Origin: Candidatus Velthaea sp.
Lineage (GTDB): Bacteria; Vulcanimicrobiota; Vulcanimicrobiia; Vulcanimicrobiales; Vulcanimicrobiaceae
Direction of reading: 5' to 3'
NCBI GenBank assembly: GCA_965214935.1
Contig: CBDCCS010000022.1
Location: 32,001 to 96,000 of the forward strand
Length of the DNA stretch: 64,000 nt
The translations under genes and the position numbers were made by a program. Positions within the stretch are counted from its first letter, which is position 1, and each line of letters begins with the position of its first letter. The notes beneath the pieces were generated by a model, which saw only the letters and a list, made by a program, of their open reading frames with translations, did no database searches and was not told where the DNA came from. Below, piece by piece: positions 1 to 10,030 of this stretch.

Positions 1-786
1 AACGCCGGTGCGTTGCGCGACATGATCCAAAATCACGTGTTGAATTTGATGACGCTCGTTGCAATGGAACCGCCCGCTCTGTCCGACTTCGAGGCAATTC
101 GCGACGAGAAGTTCAAGGTGTTGACCGCCCTGCGCCCGATCGAGCGCAGCCGCGTCTTTCTCGATACGGCGCGCGGCCAGTACGATGCGGGATCGATCGC
201 CGGGAAACCGGTCCCCGGCTATCGCGAAGAACCCGACGTGTCGCCGGATTCAAATACCGACACGTACGCGGCGATCAAATTTTATATCGATAATTGGCGC
301 TGGGCCGACGTGCCGTTTTATCTGCGGTCGGGAAAACGCCTAGCACGCAAGGGTTCGGAGATCGCCGTCCGGTTCAAGTCGATTCCGCACCGGCTGTTCG
401 GCGAGATGGGCGACACGATCGACAACAACGTGCTCGTGATGAAGATTCAACCCGAAGAAGGCATCTCGCTGCGGTTTTCGGCAAAAGTTCCCGGGCCGAA
501 GATGCACATCCGCGCCGTCTCGATGGACTTTAATTATGGGACCGGCTTCGGCGTCGTATCGCCGCCCGCGTACGAACGGCTTATCGGCGATGCAATGCGC
601 GGAGATGCGACGCTTTTCACGCGTTGGGATGCGGTAGAAGCGGCGTGGGGTGCTGTCATGCCGGTCATCGAGCGCTGGTCGGAAGTACATGACGAAACGT
701 TTCCGAATTATGCTGCCGGTGGACAAGGCCCGGCTTCGTCGGAGCGTCTGCTCGCTGCCGACGGTCGCGAATGGAGAAAAATATGA
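1..786 (+). CDS. zwf: Glucose-6-phosphate 1-dehydrogenase, C-terminal part (5' truncated by window edge)
   Basis: RDMIQNH, RWADVPFYLRSGKRL, IQPEEGI and AYERLIGD motifs; followed by opcA and pgl. Confidence 0.97.
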   Translation, partial: NAGALRDMIQNHVLNLMTLVAMEPPALSDFEAIRDEKFKVLTALRPIERSRVFLDTARGQYDAGSIAGKPVPGYREEPDVSPDSNTDTYAAIKFYIDNWRWADVPFYLRSGKRLARKGSEIAVRFKSIPHRLFGEMGDTIDNNVLVMKIQPEEGISLRFSAKVPGPKMHIRAVSMDFNYGTGFGVVSPPAYERLIGDAMRGDATLFTRWDAVEAAWGAVMPVIERWSEVHDETFPNYAAGGQGPASSERLLAADGREWRKI

Positions 787-1781
787 CCGTGCCGATTGCA
801 GCGAATGATTTTGATACGGTTCGCGCGGAGCTCGCGCGGACCAGCGTCTCGGCGACGATGAATTTCATCGTGTGGATCGACGACCGTTCGTTTCGCCCTT
901 GGGTGCTCGAGCGGATGACGAAGATCCTCGATAAGCATCCCGCCCGAGCGATTATTCTGGACGCTTGCGGCGATAAAGCCGCCGGCGCAACGCTCGTTCA
1001 AAGCCAAGCCGGCGATGCCGACGCAGCGCTTCGCACCGTTCGAGGCGAGCGAGTGGAAATCGTCGTCAATGGGATGTCCCCGGCCGAGATTACCGACTTG
1101 ACGGCATCACTGACCATCCATGGTCTTCCGTCACTCCTCTGGTGGACCGGCGAAGGCATTGTCGATCAGCCCAATTTCAACAATCTTGTCGATCTGGCCG
1201 ATTCGCTCGTCGTTGATTCTTCGGGGACCCGGAATGACAGCACGTCGGTCATCGAACTCGCGCATTTTTTGTCGAGCCGTCCGAGCGTCAACCTACGCGA
1301 TCTTGCATGGATGCGGCTACGGCCGTGGCAAGATATGATAGCGCGGTTCTTCGATGACCCGGCTTTGATGGAAGAACTTTACTCCGTGCGATCGTTACAA
1401 ATCGTGTCGGGGTCGGAGGCCGAAGCGTTGTATCTCGCCGGTTGGCTGGGTAGCCGGCTCGGGTGGACGGCTTCGGGTCATCAAGAGTTCAGCGATTCAA
1501 GCGGCACGCACATCCCATTTTCGCACGAACGTGCGGGCCGTATTCGCCGCGTTCGCTCCGTCGAAATGACGACGACGACGTCGACATACACAACGACGCT
1601 GTCGAACGATGACGACGGCGTGGTCGTCGTCGGAGCGAGCGGAAAAGCCGAGCGGCCCGGCCGGCTCGTACCGTTGCCTGCGATCGATAGCCCGTCGCTG
1701 CTCGAACGCGCGATTCTCGAACCGGCGAACGATGAAGTTTTTGAAACGGCATTACGCATGGTCGGCACGCTGACGGCCTGA
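783..1781 (+). CDS. opcA: G6PD assembly protein OpcA
   Basis: HPAR, LPSLLWW, LVVDS, DLAWMRLRPW, LAGWLGSRLGW motifs; ATG 783 overlaps zwf stop (ATGA). Confidence 0.9.
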   Translation: MTVPIAANDFDTVRAELARTSVSATMNFIVWIDDRSFRPWVLERMTKILDKHPARAIILDACGDKAAGATLVQSQAGDADAALRTVRGERVEIVVNGMSPAEITDLTASLTIHGLPSLLWWTGEGIVDQPNFNNLVDLADSLVVDSSGTRNDSTSVIELAHFLSSRPSVNLRDLAWMRLRPWQDMIARFFDDPALMEELYSVRSLQIVSGSEAEALYLAGWLGSRLGWTASGHQEFSDSSGTHIPFSHERAGRIRRVRSVEMTTTTSTYTTTLSNDDDGVVVVGASGKAERPGRLVPLPAIDSPSLLERAILEPANDEVFETALRMVGTLTA

Positions 1782-1824
1782 TTGGTTGCGCGGTGTTTGA
1801 ACCGCGGCAAACGAAGCGCCGGTT

Positions 1825-2550
1825 ATGCCCGTCGCACATTTCACGGTCGTCCGCGATCTCGCCGAACTTGCCGAGACCGCGGCCGATCACTTCATCGGCG
1901 TCGTCAATGCGGCGATTGCCGAACGCGGACACGCCGCCGTCGGGTTGGCCGGCGGATCTACACCGCGGGCCATGAACGAACGTCTAGCAGCGGCGCCACG
2001 GCGCGCACAAATCGACTGGTCGAAAATTCGGTTCTATTTTGGCGACGAACGCTGCGTTCCGCCGGATCATGCCGACTCCAATTACCGCATGACGCGTGAA
2101 TCGCTCTTCGAGCCGCTCGGCATTTCGGCCGGCACGATCTTCCGAATTTTCGCCGAGCTTCCACCGCAGGCGGCTGCCGATGCGTATCAGGTCACGCTGG
2201 GCGATCTTGGCGCGCCGCCCGTTTTCGACTTGCTGACGCTCGGGATGGGTCCCGACGGTCACACCGCTTCGCTCTTTCCCGGCACGCTAGAAACGCTCGA
2301 CGACCGGCGCTTCGCGGCCGCAAACTTCGTTCCGAAGTTTGACACATTTCGGATTACGCTGACACCGCAGGTCATACGCGCTGCCCGCTCGATCATGATG
2401 ACGGCGGCGGGAGCGGAGAAAGCCGCTTCACTGCACGGCGTCGTCGATGGTCCACCGGACGTCGATCGTTATCCCGCCCAAATCGTCGCCCGGCTTCCGC
2501 AGGCATACTGGTTCGTCGACGCGCAGGCTGCAGCCGGCCGGCCTGCGTAA
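1825..2550 (+). CDS. pgl: 6-phosphogluconolactonase
   Basis: LAGGSTP, FGDERCVP, SNY, LGMGPDGHTASLFP, RITLT. Confidence 0.96.
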   Translation: MPVAHFTVVRDLAELAETAADHFIGVVNAAIAERGHAAVGLAGGSTPRAMNERLAAAPRRAQIDWSKIRFYFGDERCVPPDHADSNYRMTRESLFEPLGISAGTIFRIFAELPPQAAADAYQVTLGDLGAPPVFDLLTLGMGPDGHTASLFPGTLETLDDRRFAAANFVPKFDTFRITLTPQVIRAARSIMMTAAGAEKAASLHGVVDGPPDVDRYPAQIVARLPQAYWFVDAQAAAGRPA

Positions 2551-2558
2551 GCGGAAAA

Positions 2559-4466
2559 CTACCGCTTCGGCGGCGTCGCCGGCAAGAGTGTCGTCGACGG
2601 CGTCACCGCATCGAGCGTTGAGCCCCCGAGTTGCGAGGCGTCGATATTATAGGTCGAAAAGACGGTGCCGCCCACTCGGTTAAGCTCGACGACCGCGTTG
2701 TTGAGATCGGTTTGCGCTTGAAGTTCGCGTCCGCGATTATTCGCAACATCGAGCTGGCGCTGCAAAACCAAAAACGTCGTCGAACTGCCGACGGCGAACC
2801 GTCGCTGTTCGGCAAGCAGAACGCGTTCGGATGCTGCGCGAGCACGGCCGGCCGCGTCGAGACGATACTGCGTTTCGCGAAATTGCTGAATTGCGTTAAC
2901 TGCTTCTCCACGCAGCCGTTCGAGTAATGCAATCTCCTGAATGCCGACTTGCTTTGCTTGTTCGCGCGTTATTTGGTAATCGGCTTTGGCCGTCCGATTG
3001 CCGAGCGAATATGTAAAAGTGATGCCGATGTTGTACGTCGGAAAGCGGTTATCGAGCGTATTGCGCCACGATTGTCCGAAACCGCCGACTTGATTCTGCG
3101 GGTTGATCCCGAATCCGACGGGTAATTGCGGCAGCGGATTGCCGGCCGCTGCAAGCAGCGCATTGATCGCCGCGGTCTCTTGACCGAGCAATCCGAAAAT
3201 CGGGTTGTTAAGCGGGTTGCTCGTGAAGCCCGCAAAACCGTTCGATGCGTAACCGAGATTCAAATCGATCTGCGGTTTAAGTTGATCTTTGGCAAAGGAG
3301 AGATTCGTCTCTGCAACGCTGCGCTGCGCGCGCAGTTGAGCAACCTCCGGGCGATTTTTAAGTGCCGAGACGACCAAGTCGTTCAACTGCGGTTCAGCGG
3401 GTAAATTAATAACCGGCGATGTCGGCACGAGATTCGAGACCCAAACCGGATCGGCCGGGTTCGCCAATATGAGCTGCTTGAGCCCAACTTGCAAACGCTG
3501 AACGTTCGCGAGCGCAGCAAAGACGTTATCTTGAAAGACGTTGACTTGCGTTTGTGATTCGACGATTTCAACGGGTGCAACCGCGCCGCGGGCAGATAAG
3601 CGCGCATTCGATTGCGCCTGAGCCTGCGCTTGTTGCAGTCCTTGTTCTTGGATGCCGACGTTGCGCCAAGCAGCGACGAGATTCCAGTACGTGTTCGAGA
3701 CAGACGTTATCGTTTGGGATGCGGTGAGCAGGGCTTGTGCGCGATTCGTTTGCGCGTTCGCCGTTACGAGCGCCAGTTGCCGCCCGGTATCATTTAAGCC
3801 GGTCCCGCGACCCAGCGGCTGGGTAAAATTAAACCGCAGCGCCGTCTCGTAGTACGGATTGTAGCTATTGAGCGTTGAATTTGAATTAATATACGTCTGC
3901 TCGGCGCTGACATTGAATCGCTGTCCGCTGCGCAGTTGGCCGTTGAAGCCGCCGGTTGCACCGGCGGTATCTTGGGTGATCGGCCCGCCGTTAGGCCCGG
4001 ACATGAACGAACTAACCGCCGCCGTCGTGCTGTGCTCGAAGCGCGGCGCAAGCGAGAATTGGACATCGTACGCACCGCGCGCGGCAACGATCTGGTAATT
4101 TGCGATCCGCTGATTTGATTGCGCGACGGCGAGATCGGTATTGCGGGTCAAAGCCATGCCGATTGCGTCGTCGAGGGCGATGCCCACGAAGGGTTGCTGA
4201 TCGACGCCGACAAGATCGCCGCTAGGCAGCGGCCCGTTGACCGGAGCGCCGTAACCCGGCGCCACGTTCGGGACGCGCGGCAAGACCGGCGGAACGGGCG
4301 GCGGCGGCAGACCGGTTGCCGAGTTCGCGGACTGCCCGCGGGACTGCGGCGCGGCCGGCGCCGGCGAGCTTTGGACCGCCGGCGTTTGCGTTGCTGCAGC
4401 CGCAGGCAACGCTAACGAGACAGATGCCGCCGCACTCAGCGCGTACGAAAGAAAACGAGACTTCAC
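2559..4466 (-). CDS. TolC-family outer membrane efflux protein
   Basis: Signal peptide, Pro-rich linker, LDDAIGMAL..N, YWNLVAA, ALKNRPEV, RFAVGSSTTFLVLQ; GGAG upstream of GTG. Confidence 0.9.
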   Translation of the reverse strand: MKSRFLSYALSAAASVSLALPAAAATQTPAVQSSPAPAAPQSRGQSANSATGLPPPPVPPVLPRVPNVAPGYGAPVNGPLPSGDLVGVDQQPFVGIALDDAIGMALTRNTDLAVAQSNQRIANYQIVAARGAYDVQFSLAPRFEHSTTAAVSSFMSGPNGGPITQDTAGATGGFNGQLRSGQRFNVSAEQTYINSNSTLNSYNPYYETALRFNFTQPLGRGTGLNDTGRQLALVTANAQTNRAQALLTASQTITSVSNTYWNLVAAWRNVGIQEQGLQQAQAQAQSNARLSARGAVAPVEIVESQTQVNVFQDNVFAALANVQRLQVGLKQLILANPADPVWVSNLVPTSPVINLPAEPQLNDLVVSALKNRPEVAQLRAQRSVAETNLSFAKDQLKPQIDLNLGYASNGFAGFTSNPLNNPIFGLLGQETAAINALLAAAGNPLPQLPVGFGINPQNQVGGFGQSWRNTLDNRFPTYNIGITFTYSLGNRTAKADYQITREQAKQVGIQEIALLERLRGEAVNAIQQFRETQYRLDAAGRARAASERVLLAEQRRFAVGSSTTFLVLQRQLDVANNRGRELQAQTDLNNAVVELNRVGGTVFSTYNIDASQLGGSTLDAVTPSTTLLPATPPKR

Positions 4467-4495
4467 GAGAGCTCCTACAAGAATGAACGAAACGA

Positions 4496-4531
4496 CGACC
4501 GGCCCGGCATTGCGTTGCCGGGCACCGGTCG
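4496..4531 (-). terminator. Stem-loop between the adaptor gene and tolC (attenuator/terminator-like)
   Basis: CGACCGG-CCCGGCA / TGCCGGG-(CA)-CCGGTCG inverted repeat right after the stop codon; T-rich tract follows on the minus strand. Confidence 0.5.
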
Positions 4532-5920
4532 CTACTTCACCTGCACGCTGGTCTCGACGGACATACCAGGCCGCAACGGCTTGTCGGCGGGCGCGTCGTG
4601 AACGACGACGCGTATTGCAAGCCGCTGAGTAACCTTTACGAAGTTGCCGGTGGCATTCGACGCCGGTACCAAGCTAAAGGTGTTTTGGGAAGCCGGCGCG
4701 ATTGCGGTGACTTTACCTTGGAACGTCGTGCCTTTGTACGCATCGACCGAAATATCGACCGGTTGCCCGACGTGAATGCGCCCGAGCTGCGTCTCTTTAT
4801 AGTTTGCGGTGATATAGGTGCCGTAACGCGGTACGATGTCCAGCAGCGATTGACCCGGCGCAACGGTCGCACCGATCTCGACGTTTTTGGCGCCGACAAA
4901 ACCATCGATCGGCGACCGGATAACGGTGTAGCTCAATTGATCTTGAGCCGTCCGGACTTGCGCATCGAGTGACTTCACTTGCGCTTGGGCGGCGTTCGAT
5001 TGCGCTTGTTGCGCCGTAATCCGAAGCGGCGTACTCGATTCGGTCAAGCGGCCCTGAGCTGTCGTAAGCTGACCGCGTTGCGCGCCGACTCCGGCCTGAG
5101 CCGCATCGGCACTTGCAATGGCGGCGGTGAAACGCGCTTGCGCTTGCGCGACCGATGTTTGCGCCGCTGTTACGTTGTCGAGTGCCGCTTGATATTGCGC
5201 TTGGGCTTGGGCTTGGGACGCTCGGTCGGCATCGAGCGTCTGCTGGGCGATGTCGCCCGTTCGAACCAGCGCGGTCGTTCGAGCCAGATCGGCATTTGCG
5301 CGAGCGAGATTCTGCTGGGCGCTCGGCACGTTCGCGCGGGCAACCCGTAATTGGGCCTGCGCTTGTCCCACGGCCGCCCGAGCCGCCGCGACTTGCCCGA
5401 TCGCTGAAGCGGTGGTTGCAGAGGCATCGAGGATCCCGGCTTGCGCCGAGGCAATGGCGCCGTTATTCTCCTCGTTTTGCGCCGCTTGAGTGGCGCTGCT
5501 CAAGCTTACGTTCGTCGAAGCGGCACTCGCCTGCGCGCGTTGCGCATCGCGGTTGGCAATCGCAACGGCGAGCCGGGTGCGCTCGTCAACATCGTCGAGC
5601 CGAATGAGGACTTGGCCCTTACTCACCGGTTGATTCGTATCGGTCAAAACGCGCGCGACGCGTTCAGAAATTTTACTCGTGACGGCGACGGTATCGGCGT
5701 CGACCCGTGCGTCGTCGGTCGATTCGTGCGCCGTTGCGTACAGCAAATACTTGATGCCGTAAATCAAGCCGACGATAACTGCCGCGCCGATGATGATGAA
5801 CAGCCACAGCGGAGGACGTTTACGGGCGGCTTTCGGCGGATCGCCGCTCGGCGGCGCAGGCGAAGGCCCGCGGCCGTCGCTCGGCTGGGCTTTGGGCGGC
5901 GCTTCGGTGCGGGATTCCAC
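4532..5920 (-). CDS. HlyD/EmrA-type membrane fusion (periplasmic adaptor) protein
   Basis: N-terminal TM, ESTDDARV, long coiled coil, IRSPIDG, ANYKETQL, NATGNFVKVTQR, LRPGMSV. Confidence 0.93.
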   Translation of the reverse strand: MESRTEAPPKAQPSDGRGPSPAPPSGDPPKAARKRPPLWLFIIIGAAVIVGLIYGIKYLLYATAHESTDDARVDADTVAVTSKISERVARVLTDTNQPVSKGQVLIRLDDVDERTRLAVAIANRDAQRAQASAASTNVSLSSATQAAQNEENNGAIASAQAGILDASATTASAIGQVAAARAAVGQAQAQLRVARANVPSAQQNLARANADLARTTALVRTGDIAQQTLDADRASQAQAQAQYQAALDNVTAAQTSVAQAQARFTAAIASADAAQAGVGAQRGQLTTAQGRLTESSTPLRITAQQAQSNAAQAQVKSLDAQVRTAQDQLSYTVIRSPIDGFVGAKNVEIGATVAPGQSLLDIVPRYGTYITANYKETQLGRIHVGQPVDISVDAYKGTTFQGKVTAIAPASQNTFSLVPASNATGNFVKVTQRLAIRVVVHDAPADKPLRPGMSVETSVQVK

Positions 5921-6510
5921 TAGTGAGCTCCGTTCAAAAAAAGATCGACCATGGCGTTGAGATCGTCAGCATGAATGACGTACGAATTCCAGATCTTGCG
6001 CGCGACGACGTATGAGAAACACATGCCCATGAAAAAGGTCGCCAGACGCTTGGAATCGCCGTGAATGTGACCCAGCCCGATCTGCTGTGCGAAATACGAT
6101 TCGAGCACTTGCATGAACTGTACCGGCCCGCGCCACTCGGGATCGCTGTGCACGATGTCGCCTCGAGCGTCCTCGGCCATGGCGATGCACAGCATCGCGC
6201 GCTGGACGTGCATGCGCTCCACAAGCGACGTCGCGATCGTTCGCAGATCGTCGCGGACATTGCCGGTCAGCGTCGCGAGTACCGATTCAACGAACGCGAT
6301 CGGACAAGCTTCTTCGCGCATCGCCGACAACAGCAGATGTTTACTGCCGAAGTGGCGGAACAGTGTCGCTTCGTTCACACCGGCCCGCTCGGCGACGAGC
6401 CGCGTCGTCGTGCCGCGCGTTCCGTTTTGTTCGTACACCTCTTTGGCAGCCGCGATGATGCGCGCACGGGTTTCATCCGACGATGAACCGGGCCGGGCCG
6501 ATATTTGCAT
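5920..6510 (-). CDS. TetR/AcrR family transcriptional regulator
   Basis: TRARIIAAA...GTTTRLVAERAGVNEATLFRHFGSK HTH. Confidence 0.95.
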   Translation of the reverse strand: MQISARPGSSSDETRARIIAAAKEVYEQNGTRGTTTRLVAERAGVNEATLFRHFGSKHLLLSAMREEACPIAFVESVLATLTGNVRDDLRTIATSLVERMHVQRAMLCIAMAEDARGDIVHSDPEWRGPVQFMQVLESYFAQQIGLGHIHGDSKRLATFFMGMCFSYVVARKIWNSYVIHADDLNAMVDLFLNGAH

Positions 6511-7514
6511 TAGTTCTTTTTCACGAATACAGAATCGGAAATCGCGACGTTTGTTTGATAATCCGTATACGTTCCGTTCGCAACGGCGCGCACGTGCGGA
6601 ATGTGTATTTCGGCGAGCTGCGAGCTTAGCATCGTGTTTCCGCCCAGCACCGTAAAGTGCTGCGTCATCGTAATAACGCCGCCGTTATAATAATCGTAGC
6701 GGATTCGGTCGATCGTCCAGCCGGCCGGATCGATCAACACGGTTTCATGATCGATCATGCCGCGCACGCGCTGAACCATATGCAGCGCAATATCCGATCG
6801 GTTCTCGAACTGCTCGCGGCCGGCATACGTGATGGCAAACCGCTGATCCCAGTTCGCCGGATCGCCCACGTCGCTGTACAGTTTCTCGAATCCCTTCGCG
6901 TAGGACGGCACGCGATCGAAAACGACTTCATAGTTGGCCGGACGCTTGAAATACGTCGACCCTTCGAGATGCTGCGAAATATATGGAAACGAAATCAATC
7001 GAATGTCCACATGCAACCGCGATTGGTACGAAGACAGCGCCGGATTGCGTTGCATGACGCGCGCGAGAATAGCGGCCGGGTCGGTATCCGTCGTATCGGC
7101 TCTGGCCGGTGCGCTCGGACCGGCCAACGCTACGATCACGGCGATCGCCGCGGCGGCACCACGAAACATTCCGCCCAAACCGCCGCGTTTACGCTGCGGC
7201 ACCGGCTCGTCGGAAGCCGCGAGCGGAAACGCGAACACGCGCTCGAGGCCGTTGAGATGGATGATCGCGCGAACGGCTTCGGTCTCGCCGCTGAGTTCGA
7301 GCGCACCGCCGAATTCACGCAAGCGGCGCAGCGCGGATATCAACGTGGCAATCGTCGGTGCCGACAGCGACTCGCCGCCGAGAACGACGCGTAAGCGCGG
7401 GTTCTCCCGGCCGTTTTGCACCAACGTATCGGTAGCCGCTGAGATCGCCGTACGTGCCTCGGCGCCGTCGGCGCTCAGACGTAAAACTGGTTGAACCGGC
7501 TCAAGCGTCATCAT
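6510..7514 (-). CDS. Fusion of STAS-like domain, TM/signal segment and LolA-like periplasmic domain
   Basis: N-terminal STAS-like LISALRRLREFGGALEL...VRAIIHLNGLERVF; hydrophobic AAAAIAVIVALAG..ARA; C-terminal YFKRP..Y and VLIDPAGWTIDRIRYDY; AGGGG before ATG 7514. Confidence 0.65.
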   Translation of the reverse strand: MMTLEPVQPVLRLSADGAEARTAISAATDTLVQNGRENPRLRVVLGGESLSAPTIATLISALRRLREFGGALELSGETEAVRAIIHLNGLERVFAFPLAASDEPVPQRKRGGLGGMFRGAAAAIAVIVALAGPSAPARADTTDTDPAAILARVMQRNPALSSYQSRLHVDIRLISFPYISQHLEGSTYFKRPANYEVVFDRVPSYAKGFEKLYSDVGDPANWDQRFAITYAGREQFENRSDIALHMVQRVRGMIDHETVLIDPAGWTIDRIRYDYYNGGVITMTQHFTVLGGNTMLSSQLAEIHIPHVRAVANGTYTDYQTNVAISDSVFVKKN

Positions 7515-7531
7515 GGCCCCTGGTGCTAAAT

Positions 7532-7600
7532 TGCGTGCAAGTACTTGCATTAAAGTCTATGGTACGGTAATTCTTTTTAGAATGCAAGTGCATGCACGCA
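7532..7600 (-). promoter_or_regulatory. sigma70-type promoter with two inverted palindromic operator sites (probable TetR operators)
   Basis: Minus strand TTGCAT(7587-7582)-N17-TACCAT(7564-7559); perfect palindrome TGCAAGTACTTGCA 7536-7549; 7581-7600 matches the reverse complement of 7532-7551 at 18/20. Confidence 0.75.
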
Positions 7601-7619
7601 CGGTTAAGCGAGCTCTCTA

Positions 7620-8402
7620 ATGATCGGCGAGGTCGAGCTCGTGGCGATTGCCCGTGAAGCGGCGATCGAAGCATTCTCGATCGTCATCACGCCGCTCGAC
7701 GGCGGCGCTCCGACGATCGAAGCGCAGACGATGCGCGATCTCTACCCCGCCAGCATGATCAAGACGCCCCTGGCCGTTGCCGTCGCCGTAGCGGCCGCCG
7801 CCGGCCGGCTCCACTGGTCGGAACGGATCGCGGTCGCCCCAGCGAACCTGACGTTCAACGACGCACCGTCGCCGCTCGTCCTCGGCGCGTCGGCCACGCT
7901 CGGCGAACTACTCGAGCTCATGCTCGAACGCTCGGACAACGTCGCGACCAACATGCTCATCGATTGCGTCGATCGCCGGCAGGCCACTCGCGACCTCGTC
8001 GCGCTCGGCTTCACCGGCACGGCGATCCGGCGTAAAGTCTCCGGTGCGCTGCCGCTCGTTGCCGATCCGGATGCAACCGGACGCAACACACATCCGGCGG
8101 CGGAAGCGGCTGCGTTGTTCGGTCGAATCGACGCTGGAACGATACCGGACTCGGCCCGAATCGGTCGCGCACTCGAACGGCAATATTGGAACGCGAAACT
8201 GTCGTCGGGGCTGGAGCCTGCCGATCGCTTTGCGCATAAAACCGGCGACACGGACGACGTCTCGCACGACGGCGGCATCTTGACCTTACACTCCGGCGAG
8301 CGCTACGCGCTCGCGGTCTACACCGCGCTGAGTTCGACGGCTGAAAACGATGCGAAATTCGGCCTGTTTATGCGCGGCCTGCGTCCCCGGCTCGTGCGCT
8401 AG
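7620..8402 (+). CDS. Class A beta-lactamase-like serine hydrolase
   Basis: ASMIK (SxxK), SDN, HKTG motifs; no signal peptide. Confidence 0.85.
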   Translation: MIGEVELVAIAREAAIEAFSIVITPLDGGAPTIEAQTMRDLYPASMIKTPLAVAVAVAAAAGRLHWSERIAVAPANLTFNDAPSPLVLGASATLGELLELMLERSDNVATNMLIDCVDRRQATRDLVALGFTGTAIRRKVSGALPLVADPDATGRNTHPAAEAAALFGRIDAGTIPDSARIGRALERQYWNAKLSSGLEPADRFAHKTGDTDDVSHDGGILTLHSGERYALAVYTALSSTAENDAKFGLFMRGLRPRLVR

Positions 8403-8917
8403 TTCCCGTTCCAGCGGGTGAATCGCGGCGGCTTGCGATACGGCGGCCCGACGAGGATCGCGATATCCAGGTGCTGCGCGAATTCGATTTGGCGCGGATC
8501 GCCGGCATACGGATCGCCGTCGACAAACACGGCTACCCGTTCACCCGGGCGCGGCTTAGCGCCCGCGACGTTCGTGCGTCCTAAGGGCCGGCCCCAAATA
8601 TCAAAGAACTCACCGAGAGTAAACTCGCGGAACGAGGGCGATTCAACGTGAATGATCCCGTCCGGCGTATGGGTGTGCAGCCAGTACAGGCACGTTCCGG
8701 CGACCGGACGTCCAACGTCTTCGGGGATGACGAGCGGCCGGCCATGGTCGAGAATCGTGAGATGCGGGTGAATATGCAGCGCGACGCCTTCGGCTGCGTC
8801 GCAGCCGATACCGTCGACCCGTTCGCCGCTCGGCACGACGGCTGCCGCCGCCAACATCGTCGCCAGCAGCGCGCCGCACAGCGCAAGAGACCATCGGGCG
8901 AAGAGCACGGGCAGCAA
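8399..8917 (-). CDS. Exported hypothetical protein with His-rich putative metal-binding motif
   Basis: Signal peptide; HIHPHL, CLYWLHTHTPDGIIHVES, FTLGEFFDIWG. Confidence 0.7.
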   Translation of the reverse strand: MLPVLFARWSLALCGALLATMLAAAAVVPSGERVDGIGCDAAEGVALHIHPHLTILDHGRPLVIPEDVGRPVAGTCLYWLHTHTPDGIIHVESPSFREFTLGEFFDIWGRPLGRTNVAGAKPRPGERVAVFVDGDPYAGDPRQIEFAQHLDIAILVGPPYRKPPRFTRWNGN

Positions 8918-8952
8918 CTACGCTGACGTTTCAAACCGCGCCTGTCGCCGGT

Positions 8953-9927
8953 TCAGCCGTAACGCGAAGCGATGCGGCGTGCGATGTCGCGCGCGATCGA
9001 ACGCGCCGTCTCGGGTCCGATGACTTCGGCTTCGGCGCCCCAACCGAGCGACCAACGGACGATTTCGAGCGGATCGCTCACCCGGTACGTGATGTCGACT
9101 CCGCCGTCGTCGCGGCGCGCCGTTCGTTTATCGCGCGCGACGTTTGCAGCAACGGCGGCTTTTGCGACGATCGGCGAAAAGCGCACCGTCACCTCAGTTA
9201 AACTATCGCCGTGCCAAACACCGCTGACCGAATTCGCACCGTACGCATCAAGATTGAAATCCACCGGTCGCTCGAAGATTTGGGGCGAGACGTCGGGCTC
9301 CGACATGTTGTCGACGGCAAACACCCGCATGTCGTTGCGCGTATGATCGAAGCCGACTAAGTAGATCCGGCCCGAGGAAACGATGAAGCCGTACGGATCG
9401 ACGCGCCGCGTGGTGCGGGCGCCAAGCTTATCGACGTAACCGAAGCTCACGCGGCGGCGCGTCCGCTCGGCTTGCTGCAACGTCTCGAAGATACGTTCGA
9501 CATTCGGCTCGAGCGCCACGGAATCAAGCCGAATTGCAAATGAGGATGCGTCGACGGCATTGGTCGCGCGCCGGTCGCTTGACGCCAGCAGTTTCGTCGT
9601 CGTTTCATCGATATACGCCGCAAGCGTCCCGCCGAGCGACGATCCGAGGCGTTTGAGAGTGACCAAACCGAGCAGTTCGCGCTGCGTGAGATTCAGGCGC
9701 CGCAGACTGTAGCCGTCGGCAAACCGGTACGTTCCGGTCGCCCGGTCAAAGTACCACGGGAAGCCGGCTTCCGATAAAATCGCCAAGTACCGGCGCAGAC
9801 TGCGCGTTCCCGGCGGCTTGCCGTCGCCGATCCGACCTTTGAGATCCTCGAATGAGTAACGGGCCTCGTCGATGGCATTGAGCAGCCGCACCAATAAGAC
9901 GACTTTCGGCTCCGACCGCTCTTCCAT
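8953..9927 (-). CDS. HTH-WYL-WCX transcriptional regulator (PafB/PafC/YafY-like)
   Basis: N-terminal wHTH (RSLRRYLAILSEAGFP), RRVDPYG..GRIYLVG..RVFAVD, C-terminal WSLGWGAEAEVIGP. Confidence 0.92.
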   Translation of the reverse strand: MEERSEPKVVLLVRLLNAIDEARYSFEDLKGRIGDGKPPGTRSLRRYLAILSEAGFPWYFDRATGTYRFADGYSLRRLNLTQRELLGLVTLKRLGSSLGGTLAAYIDETTTKLLASSDRRATNAVDASSFAIRLDSVALEPNVERIFETLQQAERTRRRVSFGYVDKLGARTTRRVDPYGFIVSSGRIYLVGFDHTRNDMRVFAVDNMSEPDVSPQIFERPVDFNLDAYGANSVSGVWHGDSLTEVTVRFSPIVAKAAVAANVARDKRTARRDDGGVDITYRVSDPLEIVRWSLGWGAEAEVIGPETARSIARDIARRIASRYG

Positions 9928-10030
9928 GATGCCGCCGTTCGGCGCCGGGTGACCCGCACTCTGCGCATGCCGCAGACAGTCACTGGCGAAAGTCGTCTTA
10001 GGCCAAGCCCGCGCGTAGTATCATCAGCGT

